A stretch of DNA of 64,000 nucleotides from Octopus sinensis (Eukaryota). Position numbers and translations under genes: made by a program. Shown one piece after another: positions 1-13,376 of this stretch. Position 1 is the first letter of the stretch. Every line of letters begins with the position of its first letter. A model generated the notes under the pieces. It worked only from the letters and a program-made list of their open reading frames with translations. It did no database searches and was not told the DNA's origin. The stretch spans positions 120,032,001-120,096,000 of the forward strand of contig NC_042998.1 in NCBI RefSeq assembly GCF_006345805.1. The letters are read 5' to 3'.

Positions 1-1369
1 TTTGTTTGGTGCCAATGGAAGCAGCACCTCACATGAGGGACTACATAACTTTCAGCCACTCTATTTGTCCAAATTCTTTTACTCTTCTTCCATCCATTCT
101 CCTGGCAGTCAACAAAAGATGGATGTAATTACCTACAGAATGAATAACAACACTGCAAATAATCTGTATACAGCAACCCAAAGCAGTTGTATCTTAAATT
201 GCAATGATAAAAGAAAAGGCTTTATCGACTAATATTTTCTTCCTCTCATTTATTTGCTACATATAAATCGTTACACATGTTAATAACTTCTGCCTGTATG
301 GTCAATACATAACAAAAAACATTTTTTTGAAATATATATTCTGCTGTTGTTTCTCTGCCCTTCTCACTGCTATCTGTTAGCAAATATTCTCCAATGAGGG
401 TCATTTCAATCTTGTTTCCTTACACCTTTTTATATGACACATTTAGTATTATATCTTTTGGAATAGGTATCCTCTGTACTTGCATGTTCTAAGAAATTAC
501 TAAAAAGCTTGGCAACAGGAAGGACATCTGACCCTAAAACATTACCTTGGAAGAAACATCCAATTGACCAATTTATTATTGTCAGCTGTTTTCTCATTTC
601 ATATGCACTTAGTCTTGACACTGGACACCTGCTGAATCACACCAGCTCGGTTGTTGCTGGTCTTCGAGTATCATTGTCTGTGTTTTACCCCCACTACAGC
701 ACCATAATTCTTTCTTATACAATTCAAATGTCCAGGTGCAGAGAGAAATATAGTTGCTTTATAAAACAATTATTTTTAGCAGAAAATACATGGAGAAACT
801 TGATGTTAAATTAGTCTTATTCAGCTTTAAGCAATCAGTATAATTATGTTATGTATTTATTGAAGTATAAAATAATATTATAATATATTTGTTATAGTTA
901 AACACCATAATTATATTTATTGTAGTAAATATAACTGAGTTGAATTATAATGAATATAATTATATTCATTGTAGCTTAAGACTACAGATAATTACAGTTA
1001 CAGTAGTTTCATAGTAAATATTATTACAGTTACTGCAGGCAAAGAGAATAAATGTATTTATATTTATTATAATATATTTGAATAAATATAATCATATTTA
1101 CTATAGTAAATATATTTGCTATAGTAATGTATCATCCTCATCATCATCATCATCATCATCAACGTCATCATCATCAACATCATTGTCATTTAATGTCCAC
1201 AAAATTTAATGAATCAGAATTTCTATAGCTGGATGCCCTTCCTGTTTGTTTCTAAGCTGGGTAAAATTGCCAGATGTGTTTTTCCTCGAAAACTGGAAGT
1301 GATCACTGCTTGTATGACAGTGATGCTCATTTACAATCATCACATGTTGTGTTGACAAGAAAACACACA

Positions 1370-1530
1370 CATCATCATCATCATCGTTGTTTAACATGCG
1401 CTTTCCATGTTGTGATAGGTTGGACAGTTTGACTGAGATTTGGCAGGGCGGGAGGCTGCACCTGGCTCCAGTCTGATTTGGCAAGGTTTCTACAGCTGGA
1501 TGCTCTTCCTAATGCCAACCACTCCGAAGG
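1370..1530 (-). mobile_element. RTE-LINE 3' end / (GAT)n-tailed short repeat
   Basis: Reverse complement of the GCATCCAGCTGTAGAAA...CATGGAAAG...TTAAAC(GAT)n terminus that ends the RTE element at 29650-31121. Confidence 0.7.
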
Positions 1531-1534
1531 TGTA

Positions 1535-1820
1535 GTATACATACATATACATACCTATATACATGCATGCATGCATACATACATACATACATACATACAT
1601 ACATACATACATACATACATACATACATACATGAATACATACAAACATACATACATATATACATACGTATGTACGTACATACGAACATACATACATACAT
1701 ACCTACATATATAGATACATACCTACATGAATACATACAAACATACATACATATATACATATGTATGTATGTACATACGAACATACATACGTACATACAT
1801 ACATACATACATACATACAC
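1535..1820. repeat. (TACA)n microsatellite with a 96-bp higher-order duplication
   Basis: CATGAATACATACAAACATAC...CGAACATAC block occurs at about 1630 and 1726. Confidence 0.9.
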
Positions 1821-2012
1821 ACATATATGTAACCCATGCCAGCATGGAAAATGTTCATTAAAAGATGATGAGGGTGATGATGATATATATATAAATCTAT
1901 GGTTTATTTTGATTCTTTGTTCATGTCTAGTACTTATCTGGTATTTGGGAACACCAGAAGCATTGATATGTAAATGTTAAACAATGAGAATGACTTCTCA
2001 ACACTACATTGA

Positions 2013-2248
2013 TGGATAAAGATTCTTTATTTGTGCATTAAGGCTGCCAATGGTTTCATGTTAAAAAATATCTTAACAATTCTTCAAGTTGATCACATAG
2101 AGAAATTGTTTGTCTCCATTTGTTTTAATTCAAAATGGAGATGAATTACAATTTCTTTATGTGATTGGCTTGAAGAACTGTTAAGATATTTTCTTAACAT
2201 GAAACCGTTGGTAGCCTTAATACACAAATAAAGAGTCTTTCTCATCCA
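2013..2248. mobile_element. Fold-back element made of inverted Penelope-like terminal repeats
   Basis: Arms of about 110 bp meet near 2126 with almost no spacer; each arm has a hammerhead-like motif. Confidence 0.7.
2167..2216 (+). ncRNA. Type I hammerhead ribozyme-like motif
   Basis: GGC-TTGAAGA-ac-TGTTAAGA-tattt-TCTTAACA-t-GAAA-CC-gtt-GG-TA-GCC: stems I, II and III all pair; C3 is replaced by U. Confidence 0.6.
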
Positions 2249-2399
2249 CTATTTTGAATAAAGAAAACAAGTGATCAAATGTTATATTTAATTGAAATTT
2301 AATCATCAATGTACTTCCCTGATTATCTATGACTTTCTTCCTATTTACAAGCACTCATTCTCATTGTTCTAGATTTACATGTATATATATATATATATT

Positions 2400-2431
<32 letters not shown>

Positions 2432-2482
2432 ATATATATATATATGTATGTATGCATATATATATATACATATACATACATA

Positions 2483-2689
2483 CAGTGTGTCCACAAAAGC
2501 ACTCGCAGCTGTGTTGCTGTGGAGCAGCCATCTTGAATTTCCTTGCATTCATGTCAAAGATGGTAAGTCACCTAAAAATAAAAGAAAATTTTGTTGTTAG
2601 GGAATCTGTGGACACTATATTTATTGACATTGGAATTACTTTAGTAATCATAGCATCATAAAATTAGTGAGTGTTTTGTGGTCACCCTG
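2483..2689. mobile_element. Tc1/mariner-type MITE (about 207 bp)
   Basis: TA|CAGTGTGTCCACAAAAGCACTC ... GAGTGTTTTGTGGTCACCCTG: imperfect TIRs starting CAG, TA on the left flank. Confidence 0.6.
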
Positions 2690-2790
2690 TGTGTGTGTGT
2701 GAATGTATATATATATGTATGTATAAACATCCAATTAATAAAGTGGAAAAGTTATCAGAAAACCCATTTCTATTCATTTTTTTGAATATA

Positions 2791-2843
<53 letters not shown>

Positions 2844-2911
2844 GTATGTATATATATATATATAATATATATATATATGTGTGTGTGTGTGTGTATATAT
2901 ATATGTATATA

Positions 2912-2980
<69 letters not shown>

Positions 2981-2989
2981 TATATATAT

Positions 2990-3133
2990 ATGGTTGATGT
3001 TAGGAGGGGCATCCAGCTGTAGAAACTCTGCCAGATCAGATTGGAGTGTGGAGCAGCCATCTGGTTTGCTAGTCCTCAGTCATATCGTCCAACCCATGCT
3101 AGCAAGGAAAGCAGACGTCAAACGATGATGATG

Positions 3134-3190
<57 letters not shown>
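2990..3190 (+). mobile_element. RTE-LINE 3' end with (GAT)n tail, embedded in (TA)n
   Basis: Close match to 30960-31121. Confidence 0.8.
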
Positions 3191-3225
<35 letters not shown>

Positions 3226-3364
3226 GAATAAGAAATAGAAAATCCATGGTACAATAAACATTTAATTATTAAAGTAATAAATTATCAGAAAAGCCATTTC
3301 TATTCATTTTTTCATATAATATATAGTATTTACTGTAGCAAGTTCAGTAATATTTAGTATAGTT

Positions 3365-3571
3365 AAGGCAGCAATTTGGCTGAATCATTTGCACACTGAG
3401 CAAAATGTTTAGTGGTATTTTATCTGTCTTTACGTTCAAATTCTGCTGAGGTCAACTTTGCCTTTCATTCTTTTAGGAGTGATAAAATAAGTACCAGTTG
3501 AGCACTGGGGCGAATGTAATTGACTAACCCCATCTCAAAAATTGCTGGCCTTTTTGCTAAAATTTGAAACT
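3365..3571 (+). mobile_element. tRNA-derived SINE type B (Meta-like central domain)
   Basis: GAGGTCAACTTTGCCTTTCAT...GATAAAATAAGTACCAG core shared with 47941-48158. Confidence 0.75.
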
Positions 3572-4399
3572 AACATTTAGTGTAGCTTAACACTATAAAT
3601 GTAATTATATTTCTTGTAGCTCAACATAGAAAAAAAACAATCATCTTGATAGTGTACCACAATAATTACATTTACTGCAGTTCACCATACTAAATATAGT
3701 TATATGTGCTGCAGTTTACAACAACAATATAATTAGGTTTAATGCATATTATCACATTAATTATATATTTACTGTAGCTGAAGAAGGCAAAGATATTTAC
3801 TGTAATTCAACACCAAATATATATTTGCTATAGTTTAACACAATAGCACATGTTTAATACAGTTTACTAACAGAGCAAATATAATCCTATTTGCTGTAGT
3901 TTAATGAAATAATTATAAAAGTATTTAGTATTGTGTAACACATTAAATATGTAATTATATTTACCTCAGTTTAATACAACTGCAAAATCTACTCTACACG
4001 CAGTAATATTAATTTAGTTTGCATAGCAAGTGTTTACCTTTGAAACAAGGAAGTATACAGGAGGTTTGGGATGGTTCAAATAAATGCATTTCAACAGGCA
4101 TGCAACAGAAAGAGACAGAGAGAGAAATAGGGAGAGAAGTGGAGGGGGAGATGAAGGGAGGAAATAGAGGAGAAGAAAGAGGGAGAAAGGAGGAAGAAGG
4201 GGAGGGATAGAGAGAAGTTGGAAGAGACAAAGCAAGAGGTGCTTGAGGAGGGAGTAAAAGGACAGAGAGAAAGAAAGAGTGAGTGTGTGCTTGTGTATGT
4301 TTGTATGAGTAGAATTTGGAAAAGGCAATTATATTTTGTATGCAGTTCTGAATATATGGGGTACAATATAGGTTACAAGCTTGACTATTCCACTGTTTT

Positions 4400-4850
4400 A
4401 ATTAAAAGTCAAATATTTTCCAGGCAGAAACGACTGACTGTTGAAACATCAACCAATGAAATGATTCATTGAAAACTGTAGATTTGCCTGAAGTCCTTGT
4501 GAAAGTTATTTACACCAGAATTATTTGTTTTTATTAGTCTGAAAACAACTTTGTGTTACCATTGGCATCTTGAAAAGAAAACAAAGAAACAAGAAGTGAT
4601 AATATTGCACCATAATGTAAAACCTGCATCTTTCTCAAGATGTGTAAAAGTTTTTAATGCAATCTGGGAAATTTTCTGCTCAAAGATCAGGGAATTTCTA
4701 CAATTTCTCCTTTTCTAAAACAGCTTAATCTGTAAAAATCTGGTTCTAATTATTAGATGTGACCTAAATTTCATTTGCTAAAAATTTGAGTAAGTCTTAA
4801 CAAGTTGTCTGCAAGGTTCAGCAAAGCAAATTCATTATTTCTGATGGGTT
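4400..4850 (+). pseudogene. Highly decayed mariner-like transposase remnant
   Basis: About 4590-4630 translates EVIILHHNVKP, resembling mariner VILLHDNARPH; the rest is heavily degraded. Confidence 0.3.
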
Positions 4851-5569
4851 CAGGTATATGGGCTAGTGGTTATGAGTGGTTGGCTCATGATAAAAATGTC
4901 AGGGATTTCTACTCCTGGCTGGATGCTACCTTGTGTCATTGAGCAAGGCACTTCACTACATGTTACTTTAGCCCTTACTCAACAGTAATAAATACCAGTT
5001 AAGTGCAACTCTTACCCCTCTGACTGTCACATCTTGGACGTTCTGCTGGGTCAAAGGTGGTTGGGTTAGGAGGGTGTCTATGATTGCTCACATCATAACA
5101 ATTAGCAAGAACATGATACATGTCACCGAACCATACTCACTCATGAATGACAGCTGGTTGTTTCTGATAAGATATGTGTCGTAGTTTTGGTATGGTTGCT
5201 GGTGCTACATAAAAAGCATTGGTGATGGTACTACATAAAAAGCGCTGGCAATGGTGCCATGTAAAAAGCACTGGTGATATTGCCATGTAAAAAGTACCCA
5301 ATACATTCTGTAACATGGTTGCCATTAGGAAGGGCATCCAGCTGTTGGAACCAAGCCAAAACAGACCACAGAACCTAGTGTGACCTCTGGCCTGCCCATT
5401 TCCTGTCAAACCATTCAACTCTGGAAAACAAACTTTAAATGTTGATGATGATGATGATGGGTGCCGATACTTTTTGACCAGACCTTGTATGTATGTATTT
5501 GTGTATATATTTATGTATACATAACCTTATGCATGTGTACATGCACACTGATTGTGGATGGTATTTTTG

Positions 5570-7085
5570 AAAGAGAGAGACCCAGGAAGACAGGATGAAG
5601 TGGTGAGGACCGATCTCAGGATGTTGGGCCTCACGGAAAAGATGACAATGGACTGAGATATTTGGTGATATGAGGTTCTTAAGAAGACCCACCTGCTTCA
5701 GTGAAACTGAGTTCTAGAAGTGCTATGTGCTTCACCCACATGTAACAATAAACTTTTTTCACACCCTACCCCACCAAACCAGGATCTTTGACCGGCAGAT
5801 TTTAAAAATAATTTCTTTGTAACTAAACACTTTTAAACTTCGTATACTGGTAGAATGTGTTACATAAAACATCTTTTTCTCTTGGCTTTCTTGAGAAAAT
5901 TCTGTAGTTTGTAAGCTATTTGTTGTTTAATTTCTTGCATTTCGGTAATTTCAACCAATCAATGACATCTATTGAGGTGAATTCAATATCTGCCGTATTT
6001 TGTCAACAACAATAATTTGCGGTGTCATATGAAATTGTCCCTGTTTTTTATGGCATATTGCCGAAATGCAAGAAATTAAACAACAAATAGCTTACAAACT
6101 ACAGAATTTTCTCAAGAAAGCCAAGAGAAATAGATGTTTTATGTAACACACTACCAGTATACGAAGTTTAAAAGTGTTTAGTTACATAGAAATTATTTTA
6201 AAAATCTGCCGGTCAAAGTGAAAAGATCCCCAAACCAAATTACATCTCTTCCTTACTTTTCCTCTTTTTCATGTACTATGCTTATGCTTATCTCTTGCTC
6301 CTCATTCCTGTCCTCACTGCCCTGCTCACAGTATCATGGCTATCCTGTTGTCCCCCACCCCCTCTACATAGCCAGATTTCACCAGTCACTGCATTCCCCA
6401 CCTCTTCACTCTTTGCATTCATGTAGAGTCTCTACTCCCTACTCATGCACCTTTCGCAATACCCTACCATTTGCATTCTGACCCTCATATCATGAGGGTA
6501 TGCCCAGGCACTTTGTCACCATCTGTCTCTCCCTTGCTCTACTCTACCATTCCATTTGTATTCTGATCCCTGTTCCTTGTGAGTATACCCTGGTTCTTTA
6601 CCATCATGTCTCTACTGCTCTCTCTTGCACTCTTACACTCTCACTCTTTTCCACTCTCTCCTTCTCTTTTTCTTGCTCTTTCCCTCTGACTGGGTAACTA
6701 TGTATCTCCTCTACAGCAACACACCTGTTTCTGTCCTTGATTTTGATCACTCTCTCTCTCTCTGACTGGGTAACCATGTATCTCCTATACAAGACGCCTT
6801 TTTCTGTCTCTGCCATACTATAACCTTTCATCACCTCCTCTAATGCCCCCTTCCCTCTCAATGGATCTTTGTCTTGCAAGTTAATTACTTGGTGACCCTG
6901 CCAGTGCTGGTGCCATGTACAAGCATCCATTCCACATTGTAAAGTGGTTGGTGTTTGGAAGGTCAACCAGCCTTAAAAACCATGCCAAAACAGACACTGA
7001 AGCTTGGTGCAGTCTTGTTTAAGCAGCTCCTGTCAAATCATCCAAATCATGCCAGGATCGAAAGAAGATGTTAAATGATGATTAG
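5570..7085 (+). mobile_element. RTE LINE 3' end of ORF plus long CT-rich 3'UTR, interrupted by a MITE
   Basis: RPRKT.DEVVRTDLRMLGLTEKMT-like C-terminus matches 30310-30440; ends with the family (GAT)n terminus. Confidence 0.65.
5782..6229. mobile_element. MITE with about 160-bp TIRs and 8-bp TSD (Merlin- or hAT-like)
   Basis: GGATC...GATCC termini; long near-perfect inverted arms; CCAAACCA duplicated at 5774-5781 and 6230-6237. Confidence 0.85.
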
Positions 7086-8440
7086 GATATATATAAACAC
7101 ACATACACCTCGATTACTAAGAGCAATGCATAATGTAAGACCACTGCTGTTATTGAATATATAATACATGTAAAATTATAACTGGTGTCTAGACTTTGGG
7201 AAATACTGAATTTTTAATTTTCTAAAGTACCTTATAGAATAAAGCATTTGAAAATTGATACAAATACAGAAGGAAATAAATCAATTGGATGCAGTTTTAT
7301 GTTTTACGAGTTTATTGACTTGAATCTGCATTTGCAAAAAAAAAAAAAATGCAGCAGTGTTCAGATCAACAAAATTGACATTATAGATATATAAGAACAT
7401 ATTATGCATATATTTATTTTAATATGCAGCTTGATTTTATTTTCAAGTGTCTCTTTGTATTAGATATACTTATTGTATACATATCACTCAAAATCTAATT
7501 CATTCTACTTTTATTGAGCCTTCTCACAAACCCTTTTGCATCAAAAAAGTAATTTTGGTATAATTATGAAATATTTATTCATATAATGACTGGAACAGCT
7601 CGTTTCCATAAGCTCATTTTGAATTAAATTTTTAATGATGGTTTCAGTATTTCAAGTAATCTTGCAAAGTTTTTGCATAGTAAATTGAATATATTTATGC
7701 TCTTGGTATTTTAGCTGGAAGCAGCCAAAATACCAAGAACTCAAACACACACACCAGTTTAAATGTAGTGAAGTACAAATATATGGATCATAGACCACCA
7801 GAATACATGAAGTGGTGAGGGATAGATTGTTACTCTGTGTGTGTGTGGGGGGGGGGGGGTGCACGCGCACGTGTGTATTTATATATCATCATTATCACCA
7901 TCATCATTGTTGAGGAGAAGTGCATTGAATGTCATACATCATCATCATCATCATCATCATTTTATGTTCATTTTTCATAGATTGGAAGGTTTGAAAGAAT
8001 CTGATGAAGGACCATGTTTTGTTCCAATGTCTCAGATTTGGCTTGGTTAGAGTGTTCTGGGTGCATTTATTCTTGGTGCTAGCACTATAGAGATTGCCTT
8101 ACCCTCACTATTGTTTATTTATTTATTTGGTGACTGAAAGACGAGAGAGGGAGAGAGGGAGAGAGAGAGAGTGAGAGAGAGAGGAGTTTTGGTCAAGGTC
8201 AGATATTACAAAGCATAAGTTTCAAAAGCTCACAAATCTTCAATAATTTACCAAAAAACTTTTAAAAAAAGTACATGGATAAGATGAAGTACTTTTTTAA
8301 AAGAGATACCTGAATAGTTTTCTCCCAGAGATCTCAGCTAAATCTGTCACAGCAAGAAACATAAGCAAATGTTGTAGTATCAGATTCACAGAGTTCAACT
8401 ACAGAGGTAAAGCTGTGCAAATGAAAGTGTTGGTCACAAA

Positions 8441-8826
8441 TTTTTCTACAAGACCAGCAATATTGGAGGAGAGGTAAGTCAATTATATCAACCCCAGTGC
8501 TCAACCAGTTTTTATTTTATCCACCCTGAAAGGATGAAAGGCAAAGTTTGAACGTAAAGACAGATGAAATACCTCTAAACATTTTGCCCAGTGTGCTAAC
8601 AATTCTGCCAGTTCATCGCCTTAAGTGAGTGTAATGCTGGTTTCAAATTTTGGCACAAGGCCAGCGGGTTTTCGAAAGGGGATAAGTTGATTAAATTGGC
8701 TCCAGTGATTAACTGGTACTTATTTTATCGACCCTGAAAGGATGAAAGACAAAGTCAGTCCCAGCAGATTAAATACCACAAAGCATTTTACCCAGTGTAT
8801 TAACAATTCTGCCAGCTTACTGCCTT
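8441..8826 (-). mobile_element. Two adjacent type B SINE copies
   Basis: Two successive reverse copies of the AAGGATGAAAGGCAAAG / TTCTGCCAGCTCGCC pattern (8441-8623, 8641-8826). Confidence 0.75.
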
Positions 8827-9140
8827 CAGTGAAACTAACATTAATGGCAATGTCCTAGTATGACTATAGCTAACAGGCTATAACAGGGGAAAAAATGATA
8901 AATAGTGGAACTGATAAAGCATTGGATATAATATATATAGTAATAATTAGTTATATCTATTTTTTATTTCCTTTGATGGTTTTCTTAGTGTATTTTTTGA
9001 GTGAATATATTACAAAGACAGTTTCTCCAGGTAAAATGGTAAATGATTGAATGATAAAATGGTTCAGTGATGAAATGGTAAAAATCATCAGATGGCAACA
9101 TGGTAAAACATTGTAATGGTAGAATAATAAAATGGTAATT

Positions 9141-9156
9141 ATCATCATCGTCATCA

Positions 9157-9210
<54 letters not shown>

Positions 9211-9430
9211 TCATCATCATCATCATCATTTTTTTCATACTGGCTTGGGTTGGATGGCTTGACATGAACTGGAAAGCCAGAAGGCTGCACCTAGCTCCAC
9301 TACCTGCTTTGGCTGATTTCTACAGCTGGATGCCCTTCCCAACACCAACCACTTAACAGAGTAAACTAGATGTATTTTTTATGGCACAAGCAGTAGTGAG
9401 GTCACCCAGTACATGCAAAACAAGATCCCT
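9141..9430 (-). mobile_element. RTE 3' end with tail expanded into (GAT)n(GAC)n
   Basis: CAGCTGGATGCCCTTCC motif adjacent to a CAT/CGT triplet run. Confidence 0.7.
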
Positions 9431-9556
9431 CAACTGAGTAGTGTATAGTACTGAGAGATATGAAAATATCATAGGGAGCAGGGGCAGGTATCTTGCTGAA
9501 GATGAATACATGGTTTCTCCATTGAGAGAGAGGGAGAGAGAGTGAGAGAGGGGAGG

Positions 9557-9602
<46 letters not shown>

Positions 9603-10629
9603 AAGAGAGAGAGAGAGAGAGAGAGAGTTGTGCGATCAAAGTACAAGGTGAATATGAGAGACAGAACTAGGATAGAGGAACAAAAAAGGTGGGTAGGTAG
9701 GTAAGTGTACTTGAGTGAGAAGAGAGACTGATTATTAGAGATGAGCATTGAGTAAAAAGATGAACATTTGAAATGGCAAAATGATAAATGCTAAGATAGT
9801 AAAGCAACAAAAAGATAAAATGATATAATCATAAAATGATGGTAAAATGAAAAAATGATAAAAAGGTAAGGGGCCAAAATGGTTAATTTGTAAAATGGTA
9901 AAATATAAAATGTAGAAATGATCATCAGTATCAATCATTTTATTTCTAATTTCCATATTGATCTGGGTTGGGTCAAATCAGTTCTTGTTTGTAGTATCCA
10001 TCTTTCTAGAAATGGCCATCCCTCATTTTCAGTTTAACATCGTTTCTGTAGCTGAATACTCTTCCCAATGCCAACCACTTTACAGAGTGTACAGGATGCA
10101 TTTTTCAAGGCACCAGCACAGGAAAGGTTATCATGTCTTCAACAAGACTAGACTAACGGGTTCACCCACTCCCTGATGATATTGCACATCCACAAACCAC
10201 TTTATAACACATACTTGGTGCATTCTATAGTAGCCCAGCACTAGAGAGGTCTCCATATCCTTGACAAGAAAAGACATATGGTCTTCTCTATCCTTAATAT
10301 CTTCATTTGTTCTTCCACCACTTGTAAATTGTATTGAATGCACTTTATTGCAGCATCAGTGCTTGTGAGGTTGCTTTGTATTAGGATTCTCACTACTCTA
10401 TGTTACCACTGTTCATTCAGGGCAGCAAGACCATTACACTGAGTCAAAAAGAGGATGATTGCAAAAGATGGGCTTGGGTGAGAGGGAGAGAAAGAGAGTA
10501 TGATAGAAGACTGGGAAGAAATGAGAGAGATAGTGTTAAAGGAATAATGAAAAGTAGAAAAGGAAAGATGTAAAGAAAGAGTTAGTAGTAGTAGCATTGA
10601 GAAAATGGCAGGTACATATTTCTACAAAT

Positions 10630-10760
10630 GAAGGAAGGGCATCCAGCTGTAGAAACTCTGCCAGATCAGATTGGAGCCTGGTGCAACCATCTGGTTCGCC
10701 AGTCCTCAGTCAAATTGGAAAGCAGACGTTAAACGATGATGATGATGATGATGATGATGA
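10630..10760 (+). mobile_element. RTE 3' end with (GAT)n tail
   Basis: GGAAGGGCATCCAGCTGTAGAAACTCTGCCAGATCAG...GTTAAAC(GAT)n. Confidence 0.8.
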
Positions 10761-10804
10761 AGTAACATTCACCTGCCACTTTGATGTGGCAACTCACTCT
10801 ACTG

Positions 10805-10865
<61 letters not shown>

Positions 10866-11059
10866 TATATATATTTATATATTACTTGTTTCAGTCATTT
10901 GACTGCGGCCAAGGTGTCACACAGTGGGACTGAACCCAGAACCATGTGATCTGGAAGCAAGCTTTTTACCACACAACCACATATATTTATTTATATATAC
11001 ATATGTGTGTGTGTATACATATATATGTATACACACACACACACAGAGATATATATATA

Positions 11060-12052
11060 TTAGATCATCCCATAAGTTCTGTCTGATTTTATCTCTTTTA
11101 AAATTGAATAAAATTTAATAGTATTTTAGAATGTCTAATGGAATTAAAAATTATTTTTATGCATTTGTGTACATTTAAACTAATTAAATATTATTTTGCA
11201 GAATAATAGAATTAAAATGTCTTTGATTAAAAACCTTTTTAACATGGAAGTATCTAAAGAGCATTTAAGGGACATAATGCTTTATGAGTACAAAAAAAGA
11301 AACTCTGCAACCAAAGTGACTTAAAACATACACTCAGTTTATGGGAAAGAATGCTTGAATGAAAGAACTTGCAGAAGATGGTTTGCAAAATTCAGAAGTG
11401 GAGATTTCAGCCTTGAAGATGAAGATCAAACAGGAGGTCCAGTTGAGTTTGATGATAAGCTCCTTGAGGCATTACTTAAAGAAAATCCTGCACTATGAGT
11501 TGAAGAATTGGCAATAAAGCTTAGTTCAAACCATACAACTGTTCATCATCATCTTCAACAACTTGGAATGGTTCCTAAACTTGGAAAATGGGTGCCTCAT
11601 GAATTGTCTGAAAGCAACTGTAAATCTTGACATCTGTTCTAAAGACCTACTTTAGTGAATCGAAATGGAGTGATGTTTCATCAGGACAATGCGTGACCTC
11701 ACACTGCAAAGATCACATCACAGAAGATCGAAGAGCTTGGTTGGGAAAAAATTCTTCATCCACCTTATTCTCCTGACCTTGCTCCTTCAGACTATCATTT
11801 GTTTTGTAGTTTACAGAATCATTTGGGGGACATAACTTTTGCAAGCCAGCAGGAGGTCAAAACTGACATTTCAGAGTTCTTCACTTTGAAACCGAAAGAG
11901 TTTTACATTGACGGGATTAAAAAGCTTGTAAATAGGAAGGAAGTCATAGATAATCAGGGAAGTACATTGATGATTAAATTTCAATTAAATATAACATTTG
12001 ATCACTTGTTTTCTTTATTCAAAATTTGGACAGAACTTATGGGATGACCTGA
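11060..12052 (+). mobile_element. Internally deleted mariner transposon with pseudogenised transposase
   Basis: TIRs TTAGATCATCCCATAAGTTCTGTC / GACAGAACTTATGGGATGACCTGA with TA TSDs; ATG at 11244; motifs WFAKFRSGD, KWVPHEL, FHQDNA*PH, YSPDLAPSDYHLF; in-frame stops and a central deletion near 11640. Confidence 0.93.
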
Positions 12053-12089
12053 TACATGATGGCTGTCTGTTCAATACAAGTTTGACCAC

Positions 12090-13290
12090 CTTAGTGTAGA
12101 TGATACTCAGTTCTGGCATGAGATCTTATGTGGCTTTTTAGATGAAACATATTTTTCATACTTTTAAAAGATGTCCACATAAGTTGCACATTAGTTACAA
12201 TTTATATGATTTGATGCATCTTGAACTGCCTGTGGTGGCTGATCTTGATGAACCTTAAATGTTTCTTCTGACCTTCTTGAGATTTTCAGATCCCGTTGCA
12301 TATGTGGAATTGAGAAGTGATAGATAGGTTTGTTCTCTGATCAATAGGATGTGTCCTACTGTGTGCTCTTATGTGAGTTTTAAATCTAAGCTCAGACAAA
12401 TTTTGCCATGAAGTATACAAGTAAAAAATGTTCTCTCAAGTTCATATTCCCTTACTAGTTGTTTTTTCGTATTTTCCTCTTAATATTTACTTGTATTAGC
12501 CTCAAAAGTTTTCGCACCATCCCATATTTTTTAATGCCAGATAGAATAATCTACAACATGATTTTCCAGGGTTTTTTAAAATCAATTCCTACATTCTTCA
12601 AGTTCTTCTTCAATGCATCCTTGAACATTTTCTTTGGTTTACACTGTTTCCTTTTTCCCTGAACAAGTTCCCAGTAAAACAATTGCTTAAGTGTATGTTC
12701 ACCATGAAGACAATATGTCCAGACCATCACAAATGATTATTCAAAATTATAGCTTAGATGGATCAAATACCAGATGCAGCTAGAACATAAGAGTCAGTGA
12801 TGAATGAATTCCATTTTACTTTCAGAAAGTAGCATGATATTCGTAATATATCCAAATATCAGACGAGTATAGAAGAGAAATTAACACCAGGATTTATGAA
12901 TAGATTTCTTTTTTTTATTTCATTGTTGATATGTCCTTGTAACCAGGCTTGATACTTTAAACTACCAAAAGACTTTGCTGTCTTTTGAATCTTTAGAGAT
13001 ATTTCTGCATCTAATCTTCCATCTTTATTCACTGTACACCCAAGGTATATGAAGGATTCAACAAACTTAAGAAGATTACTGATTACATAACGGCCAGGTA
13101 GAGGTTGAGACAAAACTAATATTTTCTTTAAATTTATTGTCAAACCAAAGATATCACATGCTGAATCAAGTACAGCAATCAATGATTGCAATCTATGCTC
13201 TGTATGATTGACAAGATCAGTCATCAGCATACAGTAGGTCTTTTACTAGTGCAGTGAATACTTTGCTCTTAAACTTCATCCTCTCTAATT
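12090..13290 (-). mobile_element. RTE/BovB-like LINE RT and 3' fragment
   Basis: DLLYADD motif near 13240, then FGLTINLKK...FIYLGCTV...LDAEISLKIQKTAKSFGSL; frameshifted and decayed. Confidence 0.8.
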
Positions 13291-13311
13291 CATGATGCTA
13301 TATACATACAA

Positions 13312-13376
<65 letters not shown>

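Noticed and set aside
1478-3223. ORFs such as [22 protein letters not shown] (here and throughout the window)
   Set aside because: Translations of microsatellites that lack stop codons in some frames
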